Assembly (NCBI RefSeq): GCF_036321535.1
Contig: NC_087437.1
Span: 19,098,001 to 19,162,000, forward strand
DNA from: Camelus dromedarius
Taxonomy: Eukaryota
Direction of reading: 5' to 3'
Length of the DNA: 64,000 bases
Part shown: positions 39,216-51,169 of the stretch, in pieces
Layout: each line of letters opens with the position of its first letter
How positions within the stretch are numbered: position 1 is the stretch's first letter
Notes under the pieces: model-generated
What the model was told of the DNA's origin: nothing
The model's database searches: none
The model's input: only the letters and a program-made list of their open reading frames with translations
Translations under genes and position numbers: made by a program

Positions 39216-40074
39216 GCCTCAGGGGGCTTAGAAGAGCCTGGCCCTAGGCAGATCCTTGCACATCACCCGAGAACATCTACCCTTGTTCCTCACTGTATAG
39301 ATGAAGTCACTGAGGCCCAAAGAGGGGAGGGAACTCCCTCAGGGTTGCACAGCAAGTGCTTTTATCACAAAGATTGTGAGGACAGCTATGAGAAGAGAGA
39401 ATCTAAAATGAGGGAGGCCCTGTATCTCTTCACTTCCCTGGGAGTCACTGCCCACTGGGTGACCTGGGCTGCAGTGTGGAGGTCTGGGGCCAGCCACAGA
39501 CTCTGCTCCCCCTGGGTTCTCTGGTGGGTACCTCTGTGGCTCCCAGAGGCTGCTGGGGCTGGGATGGGGTGGGGAGCCCTCCACTTCCCCTCAGTCCCCA
39601 GGCAGGGGGTGCCGCTTGCTGAGAAGGCCCTGCTGCAGTGTGGGGGCAAGGAGTCCCTCTCTCTCCCACCTTGTCAGAAACCCAGGGGACAGAGCCAACT
39701 TTATCAGACCCCAGCTGTGGCTACCTTGGGCTTGCTGGGAGGTACTGGGACTGAGAGCAAGGCTCAGGACAGGCTGACACAGCTGAGAGGAGATAATTTC
39801 AATCTGCAGCCTCCAGATTGAGGGAGAAATGTAAACATGGGCTGCTGGGCCGGCAGCCATGAGGATGAGGTTGTGGGGGGTGGGGTGCAGAGGGCACCCT
39901 GCTTGCTAGCTCTTTTCACAGAGCCCACTTTGATGGGAGTTCTTGTTGATTTTCCATGACCTGGTCCTGCTCAAGGATGTGAGAGAGTGGATGGTTTGGC
40001 TGCTGAGGTCCTTTCAGGCCAATCTTGCCATCAGTGAGCCTAAGTGGGGAGGGTCCTGGCCTGACACCAGACAA

Positions 40075-40400
40075 CCCTAGCTCTGTTTCACAACTTGCTG
40101 TGGGACATCCTTCAGCAAGGCACTTGATTTCTGTACACCTCAGTTTCCTCATCTGCAAAATGGGCATATTAGAACCAACCTTATAGAGGTGCTTGATCTT
40201 TATTCATTCTACAAATATTTATTGGGCACCACTTAAGTTCTAGGCACCATTCTAGGCATTGGGGATACAGCCATGACAAAACGCAAAGCACAGACTGTCC
40301 GTTTATTCAGAGCTGAGAGTGAGGCTTTAGTGAGATAATGTGGCTCAAATGCTAAACACTAGTCCTGCCACATAGAAAACACTCAGAGACAGTAGTTAGT
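40075..40400 (+). mobile_element. MIR split by an L2 3'-end piece (~40200-40310, minus)
   Basis: cctcagtttcctcatctgcaaaatggg; attcattctacaaatatttattgggcacc. Confidence 0.7.
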
Positions 40401-40479
40401 TATTGGTTGTGCTGATTTTTGTCATTAATTAATTAATTTGACCCACTGTAGCCTGGGTCCATCTCCCCACCTCCTTACC

Positions 40480-40780
40480 CCTTCACATGGCTAAGTCATG
40501 TCCAGCCTTCAGTACGTAGGTGTTCTCTCCTACAAGAAGCCTTCCCTGATTTCTGGAGGCTGGATCATCTGCCTCCCGACACTCTCCAACCAACCACTCC
40601 CCTCTTGTCATGCTTCATTATGACATTTATCACAGACCATTGTCACCATCAGTTCCCTGCTCTGTGCCTCAACCCTGCTATGTGCTCCTCAAGGCAGGGC
40701 TGGACCTCATCCCATTTCTGCATCTCCAGGACCAGGCACACTTAGATACCCATTGACGTTTATTGAATGAATGAATGATT
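40480..40780 (+). mobile_element. L2 3' end
   Basis: aagaagccttccctgat...ctcaaggcagggct...tattgaatgaatgaatga. Confidence 0.7.
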
Positions 40781-40929
40781 ATGTGTCCTAATTGTGCTCC
40801 TGACACTCGGGGGCTTTGGCTGCCCCTCAGATCCTGGGAAGGGAAGTTCTAAGCCCGTGACTGGGAATCACTGATGGGAAAATCATGGGTAAGCAGTGCA
40901 GGCTTCTGTGTTTGTGGGTGTGTGATGAT

Positions 40930-41140
40930 GATCACTGACATTTATTGAGTACTTACCATAGCTGGACATTGTTAGGAGCTCTTCAGGTGGATTTAGTCTT
41001 TAGTTCACACCTATAGGGTAAGAAATGTTATTTTTCCCATTTTGCAGATGAGTAAATGGAGGCTCAGAGTGGTTAAATATCTCTCCCAAGATCACCCTGC
41101 TAGTAAATGTGGGTGGAGTCAGGATTTGAACCCAGGAGGA
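40930..41140 (-). mobile_element. MIR SINE
   Basis: catttattgagtacttac...cccattttgcagatgagtaaatggaggctcagagtggttaaatatctctcccaagatcac...ggatttgaacccagg. Confidence 0.85.
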
Positions 41141-43729
41141 GCACCTCCAGAGCCGATGCTCTTGGCCTCTCACCCTACGATCTCCCGGGCCTGTGCCTGG
41201 CGTGTGGCCGCGGGGCTGGTGGGCATGCCCATGCAGCTTGTGACAACTGTATCCTGGGCAGCCCCTGTCATCCTAGCTGTGCTCGGGCTCTGGGCAGGCC
41301 TTGTCGCTAGGGGTGGCAGAAAGGAAAGAACTGTCATTTCAGGCCCAAGTGACAGAAAAAGGCAGGCGAGAAGCATGTGCTGTCATGAAACCATAAATAG
41401 TAAGCAGCGTGGTCTGAGAAGCCATCTGCCTGTCTCTGGGGGCACCTAGTGAGCTTGACTGGAAGCCGTGAAGCCCGGAGGGGTGGGGACTGCTACAGGT
41501 CTGAGAGGTCACAGCTTGGCATAGCATATTTATTTACTGGCTAAATTTCACATTTTTCAGATAAAGTATTTCTGGGAACCCCAGTGACATGCTGACAGGC
41601 ACAGTGTCTTTCACCAATTCTTTAAGCTTTGGTTTTGTTTGTTTCTTTTTTTTTTTTTTCCCAGCTATGGTCAGAACGACTTTTAGGAAATTGGTGAATG
41701 CCTTTTGGTCAGAAAAGAGGAGCCCACGTGTCCCTGGGGTGCCTCTGTCGGGTGCGTGCGTAACAGTGTTACACCCAGGAGCGCCTCTGTGTGCCTGGCT
41801 CCGTATCTCCCAGCAGGGGCTCTAACTTTCTTACTCAGGAAGAAAGAAGCTTCCTTAATACCGATTGTCATTGGTTTGTTCAACCAATATTCCCCAAGAA
41901 CCTACTCTGAAGCAAGACCTGGGATGAGATGGAGAATGAGTCGCTGGGCCTGCCCTCAGGAGCTGACAGCTTAGTGGGAGAGTCAGGCCAGGAAGCAGAG
42001 GATGACCGCCCAGGATGGGGAGGGCTGTGCTGGAGGTGGGGGTGCTGGCACACAGAGGGTACGTCCTGGAGTAACTCCTAATGCAGCCTGGAGGGGGAGA
42101 GAGGGAGCGCCTAAGGAGCGCTTTCTGGAGGAAGTGACAACTGGGCTGAGTTTTGAAGGATGCATTGAAGAAAATTAGGGAAACAGTGGGGAGATGCTTC
42201 AACGAATTGTAGAGGATGTAAATGCCAATAGGGAGAGAGGGTCCGGGGTGTTCCGGAAATTTTAAGTAGTTTGGTTTGAATGGGGAGTTGTGTGTTTTTG
42301 TGTATACACATGTGGTTTGTGTATGTGTGTGTTTGTCAGTCCGTCTGTGTGTGCATCTGTACATTAGAGAAGATCGTGACTGCAGAATTATGTTGAAAAT
42401 TTCTATTTATGTGTTTTCTGTGAATAACTTCTATGAAGTGCAATGTATGAAGAATCATTCACATTTTAGTGTGAACAAGGTTTTACGTTTCTTTCTCGAA
42501 GAAGCTTGGACCCTTGAATGAGAACGGGTGCTGAAAGACGGGGCACGACACCCTGTCCACGATTAGTTGTGTTCCCGACTCTGTCACATTCTGTGAAACT
42601 CTCAAAATCCTCCTGAAACCTGTTGATATTTTATGCCTGTATCCCATCTTAGAGGGAATCATCTCGTCGTCTGCCCCAGACTGCAGGAAGCTGAGACATC
42701 TGATATTTGTCCCACACTCACCCCTGGCTAACTCTGTGGGGAGGAGGGGACCCTCGTCATGCAAAGGCATGGCCTGGGCAGGCCCGAGAGTCCAGGGCCT
42801 GGCCCTGAGGGAGTGAGGGAAGGGCTGGGCAGGCTTCTGGCCAGACCACCGGGGCCCAGCCCCTGTTCGCTGTCCCTGTGCCCAGACCTTGCCATGACCC
42901 CAGCTGTGTTACCCTCCTTTTGACAGACTATAACCCTAGATCACCCCGTTCAGAGAGGGCTCCAATTCCCCAAACCACAGAGATGTGATTTGTGGGATGA
43001 AAAGTGCATGGGGGAGAGATGAAGGCACAGGGAAGAGCCATTGTGTTAGTAGTGTGAGCCCTGCCTTCAGAGGCCTCGGGGTGGACGGCCAGTGGGCTTG
43101 CCAGCCAAGCGATGGAGCCCCAGGCCTCTCCACCCACTGGCCACTTGATTGGCCAACTGGCCACCTACCTGGTGGACCTGGCTCTGGACAGCCCTGGTGG
43201 ACCCGCTGCAGGCCCATTTCTGGGTGGGGACTTGGAGGTATACAGCCCCTTGGAAGGAGCAGAAATAAAACCTCCCCCAAACGGAACTACCTTGGTCAGG
43301 ACCTGCTGGCTTGAGCTCCTGGAAAGGCAAGCTCCTCTCTCAGAACAGAGCCGGTCTTCTGAAGGGGCTGGGGCTCAAGGCCATGCCCTGAGCTACTGAG
43401 GGCAGGGACCTAAGGGAAAGGACTGTGGACAGCATGTTCTAGGCCAGGCAGGAGGGCTGCTTGCTGGGAACACAGCGGAGGATCCACTGTCAGGTGGGAC
43501 TGTCACAACTGATCCATGAAGAAACTGCTTTGGGTTCCATACCTGATAGGATATCTGTGCACACACTGTCCCTTTTCATCCTAGAACAAGCCTCTGTCGC
43601 ATTGAGTCATGCCAAAAGGGGCCTTGCCCAGGGTCACAGCTAGGAACTGGTGAAGGCGGGCTTTGAATCTACACCTAAGCCCTCTCCCACCCCTTACATT
43701 GTCTGAGTCTGTGATTCTAAGGATCGTCT

Positions 43730-43900
43730 GCAGGGTTCAAAGCCTGGCTGGGCCAGTTATGCAGCATGAACTTGGGCAAATGACTTAACTTCTCTGTGCC
43801 TCAGTTTTCTTCTGTCAGTGCTACTTGAACAGCCCTTACCTGTAGGATCCCAGGGTGGCTCCACGACGTAGCATACATGAGGGCCTGAGCAGAGACCCAG
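43730..43900 (+). mobile_element. MIR SINE
   Basis: gggttcaaagcctggct...ttgggcaaatgacttaacttctctgtgcctcagtttt. Confidence 0.75.
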
Positions 43901-44296
43901 TACTGTAACTGCTCCTCAGTGGTGCCGCCCAGGCTGTCAGCAGTCCTGCTGAGGTCAGCCTGGATGGTGAAAGTGCTCATTGGGGAAGGATGTGGCCTAG
44001 GCACCCAAGGCCTTGGAATGAAGGGTATGATAAACCTGGGATGTCAGGCCTCCCAAGGGTCCCTCCAACACACACCTTTAAGTTCCAAGAGACAACCTAG
44101 ACACTGGGCCCCATCAGCCACTTCTCCAGGAATGGTGAAGGGAAACTGAACACTGAGTTAACGATGATGGCCAGGAGCAGGGTGTGGCTGTTCAGGGTCT
44201 GCCAGACTGCCTGGCCTTGAGAGGTCAAGAGTCTTCAGGGAAGGTCATTCTGAAGAGATGGACTTAGTGTTGTTTGTAGTAAAGGAATGCTTTCTT

Positions 44297-46000
44297 TTTT
44301 TATATATTTAGTTTTTTTTTTTCAATTCAAGTAGAGTCAGTTTACAATGTTGTGTCAATTTCCAGTGTATAGCATGTTTCAGTCATACATATACATACAT
44401 ATATATTCCTTTTTATATTCTTTTTCATTATAGGAACTACAATATAGTTCTCTGTGCTATACAATAAAAACTTGTTGTTTATCTATTTTTAGGGGGTAAA
44501 CAAAGTTTATTCTAGGAAGAGCAACTTATTGAGAGATAAAACTGTTTTAAAATTTACATATATGTACTGTTCCTTGTTTCTAAGAACAGTTTAGATCTTT
44601 AGCTTTTTAAACTTACATAGTTATCAAAGGAATAAAGCCAATCACAAAATAAGAATCAACAGAATGCAGTAATCCAATCATAAAGGACAATCAAATGTGC
44701 TTACACATATTTAAGAAATCAATCATCTTAGTTATAAATAATAAGTAGTTCATTTGTGTCCTTTTTTTTAGATTCCACATATAAGCAATGCCATATGGCA
44801 TTTTTCTTTCTCTTTTTGTCTTATTTCACTTAGAATGATGATCTCCAGTTCCATCCATATTGCTGCAAATGGCATTAGTTTATTCTTTTTTATGGCTGAG
44901 TAGTATTTCATTGTGTGTGTGTAGATATATATCATATATATATATATGATATATATGTTATATATATATATATCATATGATATATACATCTTTATCCAGT
45001 CATCTATTGATGTACATTTGGGTTGTTTCCATGTCTTGGCTATTGTATATAGTATGGTACTGGCACAAAAACAGACAAATAGATCAATAAAACAGGATAG
45101 AAAGTCCAGAAGTAAACCCATACACTTTTGGCCAATTAATCTATGACAAAGGAGGCAAGAATATACAATATTTGGAGAAAAGACAGTCTTTTCGTAAGAG
45201 GTGCTGGGAAAACTGGACAGCTACCTGTAAAGGACTGAAATTAGAACATTCTCTAACACCATATACAAAAATAAACTCAAAATGGATTAAAGGCTTAAAT
45301 GCAAGACCAGCTACTATAAAACTCCTAGAGGAAAACATAGGCAGAAAACTCTTGGACATAAATCACAGCAATATATTTTTTGAATAAGCTCCTGGAGTAA
45401 TGGAAAGAAAAGCAAAAATAAACAAATGGGATCTAATTAAACTTAAAAACTTTTGCACAGCTAAGAACACCAGCAACAAAATGAAAAGACAACCTACAGA
45501 ATGGGAGAAAATATTGGCAAATGATGCAACTGACAAGGGACTAATTTCCAAAATATACAAACAGCTCATACACCTTAATATCAAAAAAATTAGCAACCCA
45601 ATCAATAAATGGGCAGAAGATCTAAATAGGCATCTCTCCAAAGACAACATCCAGATGGCCAACAAGCACATGAAAAGATGCTCAACATCACTAATTGTTA
45701 GAGAACTGCAAATCAAAACTACAATGAGGTATCACCTCACACCAGCAAGAATGGCTATCATTAAAAAGTCTACAAACAATAAATACTGGATAGGATGTGG
45801 AGAAAAGGAACCCTCCTACACTGTTGGTGGCAGTGTAAATTGATGCAACCACTATGGAGAGCAGTATGGAGGTTTCTTAAAAAACTAAAAATAAACAGCA
45901 TATGATCCAGCAATCCCACTCTTGGACATATACCTGGAGAAAAATATAATTCAAAAAGACACATGCACCCCAGTGTTCATAGCAGCACTATTAACTATAT
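44297..46000 (-). mobile_element. L1 with 5' inversion (twin priming): 3' part on minus (44297-~45050), inverted ORF2 part on plus (~45050-46000)
   Basis: TSD taaaggaatgctttctt (44280-44296) / taaaggaatactttctt (46001-46017). Plus ORF 45400-45843 is the L1 ORF2 C-terminus; minus ORF 44768-45121 contains [11 protein letters not shown]. Confidence 0.93.
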
Positions 46001-48327
46001 TAAAGGAATACTTTCTTGTATTTCTGTGGTGTGGGAGCGGGGTCTTAGACCCAGAGTGGTCAGAATGGGTCACCATACATCCTGGGGGCCAAACAGCCCT
46101 GGGGATGCTTGTGGTCCCAGAGTGTATCAGTGTCCCCTCTTACTGCTAAGAGTGTCCTGATGTGGATAATAAATTATCTAGTCATCCTTTTCTGAGCCAC
46201 AGGCCAGACTGGCTCCACGAGAGCCCACTACCCTCTGAGCAAGAAGGCATGCTGGGAAGACTTCCTTCCTCCCTGGAAAGGTGGGGCTACCAGACCTAGG
46301 TGGGTGGGGCTGGTCTGGGAGGCTTCCATGCATGGTCACAGCACTTGGGAGCCTGGTAGCACCCCCTGAACCTGGAGAGTTGGGACACAGTGGGGAGAGA
46401 CAGGATGGCTCTGGAGGCCTGGGCTGGCAGCTGGAGCCCCACATTGCTTTGTCACCGGTGTGGGCATGGGGAGATTTTACCTGAAAGAGATATGAGATAT
46501 TGGGCTGGCTTAACTTTTCCATTTTCCTGAAAATAATGACCTTTAAAGAAGCCCCAGCTAAGTGCTAGGTATATATCTACGTTTGTGTGTGTGTACAAGA
46601 GATCTGTGTGTTCTATATAATATATATTATACATAAACAAACACACTGCTTTAAAAAGTCCAGTGATGCACATTGAAACAAAGACAGGAAAGGATACCCT
46701 TCATGTTCCGGCACTAGGAAGCGGCCAGAGCAGAATCAAACCCTGGTCCCTTTGATTTCGGAGCAAGTGTCCTTTGTCATTCTGCCTACTATCTTCTGCA
46801 TCAGTACCGGCCCATGGCTTGCACAACCCCGAGGCCCAGGATGAACTTGGAAGATTAGAAGGCAGGGGAAGAAGGGCTCGCTGGGGACCTGTCTGTCTCT
46901 GTCTGTCCCTTGCCCTCCCCCGGGCCAGCTCCGCCCAGGAAAGGCCAAGCTTGAGGCCACATGAGGAGTTCACGAGCTGTCTTTCATCCGGTCCCGCGGT
47001 TATTTGTTCAGCATGCAGTGCAAATTTCCCTATCTCAAAACATGGAATCTGGTACAGCTTTGCCTGGATCAATGTCCAAGCCCTTTCAAGTTCTGGAGAA
47101 AGTTACTCCTCTCCAAAGTTCAGACCTGCCAGACTCAATAACTCCACAAAAATGCTTGGATGAAAATTGCTCCAAGCAATCCCAGCGGAAAGCCAGCACC
47201 TCACCCCTCGTTTAAAGTTATGATCCTTATCATAATTAATTCAATAAAGAAGTAATGTGCTTCAACCTAGGCAGAGAGAATAATTTTCTGTCCTGACTGG
47301 TATAAACTTTCAACTAGGGACATTTAAACTCTGGGTCTGAGCTCTCTCAGCAAGTAATAAATTGCAGACCCAGGCAGGGCTGCAGAACCCCGTTTAAACT
47401 GTGGTAAATAGGCCGCTATTGAAGAAAGGAAGATCTGGATTCGGGTGGGCAGCTCCAATAAAGAGCAGAGTGTTGTTTATAAACCCTGCAGTCCCGGCTG
47501 GCCTCCGCCTTGAGACAGGCAGTAGCATTTTGCCTGTTGAAAGCACCAGAGCATTTGATCCTCGCACTCAGAGGACCTACCTTGAGTCTTGAATCTAAAA
47601 CCCATTTCCTTCCGTAACTGAAAGGTAGGATTAACCTGGCTTCTAAACAGACTAACACATTCTCAAGTGGAGATGCGGACTTGGAGACCAAGCCAGCCCA
47701 TCCTAGAGTTGCACTTCTTACTCTTTCCTTGGAGGTGGCGATGATTAAAGTTGATTTGGGATTTGTTTTGGACATGTTTAGAGTAAATGAGGCTCCTGTA
47801 TTGTCCCAGAAGCCCGTTAAGGTTACAGAAATTACAAGTGTAGCAGTCTTTGGAAACAAGTAAAAATAGAAGGAAAGTCAGTTTTAATCAAAACAGCTTT
47901 CAGATTGCATATGATGGGAAGAGATGAATTCAACATCCGTTGTTTTCTGAAAATAATTCAGTGATAGGGAGGCAGAGTTCTTTAAAGTGATTAAATTTGG
48001 GAACATCAAGGCGGGTGTCTGACTCGTATTCTTTCGTTCCTGGCATAAGATTTTGGATACCTCCTTTGTGAACCGACAGCAAGCTTGCATTCCAAAACTC
48101 AAGAGGGCCTTTCTCGTCAATTTCGTGGGTTGAAAACAATCGTGTTATCGGCCGCGTTCTGCTCGGTCGGATCGAGCTTGCACAGAGATGCACGGTGACA
48201 AGGCTCACTGCCACAGTAACCATTCCAAACTGTGCAGGCTTGAACAGCACCATATCCAAGACAAATAGCTGGTTCTGGAGAAGTGACTGAGCATACTCAT
48301 GGATGTTAGCCATCAAAACACACAAAA

Positions 48328-48470
48328 TACACACACTAGACAGTCTACGCTCTTTTTATATCATAGAAAATGTGAGGGGCTCTCCCTCCTGGGAAGGGAG
48401 GAGAAGCAGCCCTTTGAAACTTAGATGGGGAGGAGAACCCAGGGGAGAGGATGGGGCAGCTAATTAAATA
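48328..48470 (-). promoter_or_regulatory. Candidate TATA-box core promoter (minus strand)
   Basis: TATAAAAAG on minus (plus 48352-48360) with a pyrimidine-A step ~32 nt downstream (48329/48328). Upstream are CCTTTGAA (TCF/LEF-like, 48411-48418) and CTAATTAA (48460-48467); a CpG cluster lies just downstream. Confidence 0.4.
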
Positions 48471-50803
48471 TGTTAGGTCTGGGTATCACCTCCTTACATC
48501 CTTTCTGGGGCATGGAGGGTCAGAAATAAATATGTGGGTAAATAAAAATAGTAACAATTGCATGCCACAGATGTCAACCATTTTCTACAGCTTTGTAATG
48601 AAAAAAATAAAATTTTTGGTGTTTGTCTTACCTGTATTTGCATCACCCATTCAAGGCACAGAGTGTAAAACGTGAAGCTAATGCTATTTCAGCTCTTGAC
48701 ATGGTCAAATATTTCTGGTGCTGGTGACTCTGGATCTTTTCTTCCCAGTGTTTTTTTAAGTGAAGAAAATATAAAGTTTATAATTTGTAGTGCTGGATAC
48801 CCAATTCTAAGCATCCCATTCTGACTGCTCCAGGCCCTTTTGTGGTCCAGTCTGTCTTGACATACAGCAGACACTGGGCTGTTTTCCTTGGGTCCCCTAG
48901 ATGGCTCAGATGTCAGTAGCGTCTGGTGGCTTTTGCTTCCCTGACATTGTCTCCCCAATGAAAAGTGACCTTGAAGACTTCGGGGGGCTTCCTCTCTCAA
49001 ACCTGGGTCAGCACTATTCAATGATTTCAAACAAACCCAGTAATGAGGCTGAAACTGGGCACCAGTGGGTACCCTGGGATGAAAATGCAGGTTAAAGGAG
49101 CAACTGAAATCCACAAAGCTGGGGTGCAGTTGCTTTCACGACACACACATTTGAGCCAGCACATTTGACCAATGCTCACAACCCTTGCCCGCGCCCCCTT
49201 CTACCCCCCAATCCCTCTTGGATTGATTAAATTGGCTCAAGATGACACCAATAATTGGCTCAAGATGGGGCTTCGACAGGCCCAATGATCCATATCTTCG
49301 CATTCCCTAAAATCAGTCCTTTCAGCTCTGTGTTGGATTTAGGATGGTTTACATTGGCTCCGTCACAAACATTTTAATAAAGTCCCAGAGAAACCGCAAA
49401 CGGGTGACATCATTGGATGGTGTTAAAAAAAAAAAAAAAGAGTCCCATTTTGTAAGAGAGAGGCTGGGCCTCCGGAGTGTGATCACGGTCTGTCCGCCCT
49501 GTTTGGTCATTCCACAGCCATCTGCTGTAATTAGGACCATAATATTTAAAATGGGGTGCAGCGGCAGAGGAGGGGGTGGCCGGCAAAAGACATTAGCTAA
49601 TAAGTCAAAACAAGTTTGAATATTTTGACATAAAGTAGCCAAGAAGATGAACGACCATAGGGCGGGTGTGCGGCCCCTGGACTCAGTGGAGGTGCTTGGA
49701 GCATGAATGTAAGGACAGCCCCCTCGTCCCCTGTCCCAGGACACAGACGGGACAGCCAGGTCCTGGAGCCGAGGACCCAAGGGCTGGAGAGGGGAGCAGT
49801 TCAGCGCCCAGGGATTCTCATTAAGAGGGCTTCTTGCCGAGGGGTAGGCCAGAGGGAATTTTCATTTTCTTCTCTATACTATTTTGTTTACTTACCCTGA
49901 ACTTTCTCTAAGGGCTTATATTGGTTTTATAATCAGAGAAAAAAATCAATAATGCTTTACCAAAAATCAGTGTAGCAATTTTGATTATGTCCAATGATTA
50001 TAATTATTTATTAGACTAAAAATTTCTGTTAAGGTTAATGGTGGTTCTCTCTGGGTGGCTAGATGGAGAGCCTTTTGTCTTTTACTCTTTTGTGAATGAT
50101 TTTTATAGTTGATAAAAAATTTCAAAGGAAAGTGAAACCTTGAAACCTGAAGAAAACAAATTCGATTCACTTGGACGTAGATTAAAATGTACTCTGCCAA
50201 AAATACAAAGTTGCCGCTTTAGCTTTAGTTTTGTATGGTATTTTAAAAATACATTTCACTCTCATGATTATGAATTTACAATAAGCAAGATATTTTTAAA
50301 GGGCAGAATCCAGCTCCTCAGCTGAGGAAGGGACGTATGCTGATTTCCCCAAGTGTCGGGACTGCACTGTCCGAGGTGAGTGGCCGTACCCAAAGGTCCC
50401 CCAGCTCCTGCTGTTTCTCCCTCAGAAAGAGCTGATGCATTTGATGTGCGTCTCCCTGTCAGCCTGCCCGGCTGAAGTCATGTTGGAGATTTCCCAGAAT
50501 AATCGATCCATTATGGCCATCACAATTAATTGACTTTTCTGTGACTCAGGGTCAATCTGATGCCAGAACCTACCTTGATCACTTTTTCTACTGAGAGATT
50601 TCAGGATTGTTTTGTTTCACTTCCCGTGTAAATGTATCCATAGTTTTATGGTTCACACTGGAAGGGGGATCTGGGGACTTTAGAGTCCATATAAAAAATA
50701 GAAGAGTGAAACATAGACTGTATGATGTTTATGTGAATGTGCCCGCGTGTGTGCCTATGCACAAGACTTTTTTTTTTTAATGGATCTTTTAAAGGCTGAA
50801 TCT

Positions 50804-50899
50804 ACAAATATATATCTATGTATATGCATGACTGGGACATTATGCTGTATACCAGAAATTTGACACATTGTAATTGATTGTATTTCAATTAAAAAAAAA
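50804..50899 (+). mobile_element. Very short (~96 bp) young L1 3' terminus
   Basis: gcatgactgggacattatgctgtataccagaaatttgacacattg plus poly-A; perfect TSD aaaggctgaatct at 50791-50803 and 50900-50912, after TTTT. Confidence 0.93.
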
Positions 50900-51169
50900 A
50901 AAGGCTGAATCTGGCCACAACTGTTTGCTAATGATGTCGTGCCTCCCCAGGCTGACTGGGGATCAGGCACATGGAAAATACCTGCTGTTGGTTTAACTAA
51001 GTACAGCACACCTAATATGAAATCCTATTCCTCATGCTAAACAAATGCATTAAATTTGCACAGTGCACATTTACTGCTTTCCTTCCTGTCTGACCCCCAA
51101 ATATTGCTGGGATTCTTATTTCCTTCTTTCCTCCCAGCCTTATTTTTTTCTGAGAGAGAAAGTGGAAAA

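Noticed and set aside
39213..39821. Longest ORF in the window (202 aa)
   Set aside because: No recognisable domain; it overlaps MIR-like sequence (atagatgaagtcactgaggcccaaagag) and has the composition of a chance ORF in GC-rich DNA.
45400..45843. 147-aa ORF and other L1-like ORFs (1329-1553, 26472-26678, 29348-29560, 58532-58774) as CDS
   Set aside because: Fragments of truncated L1 ORF2 with surrounding stops and frameshifts; not host genes.
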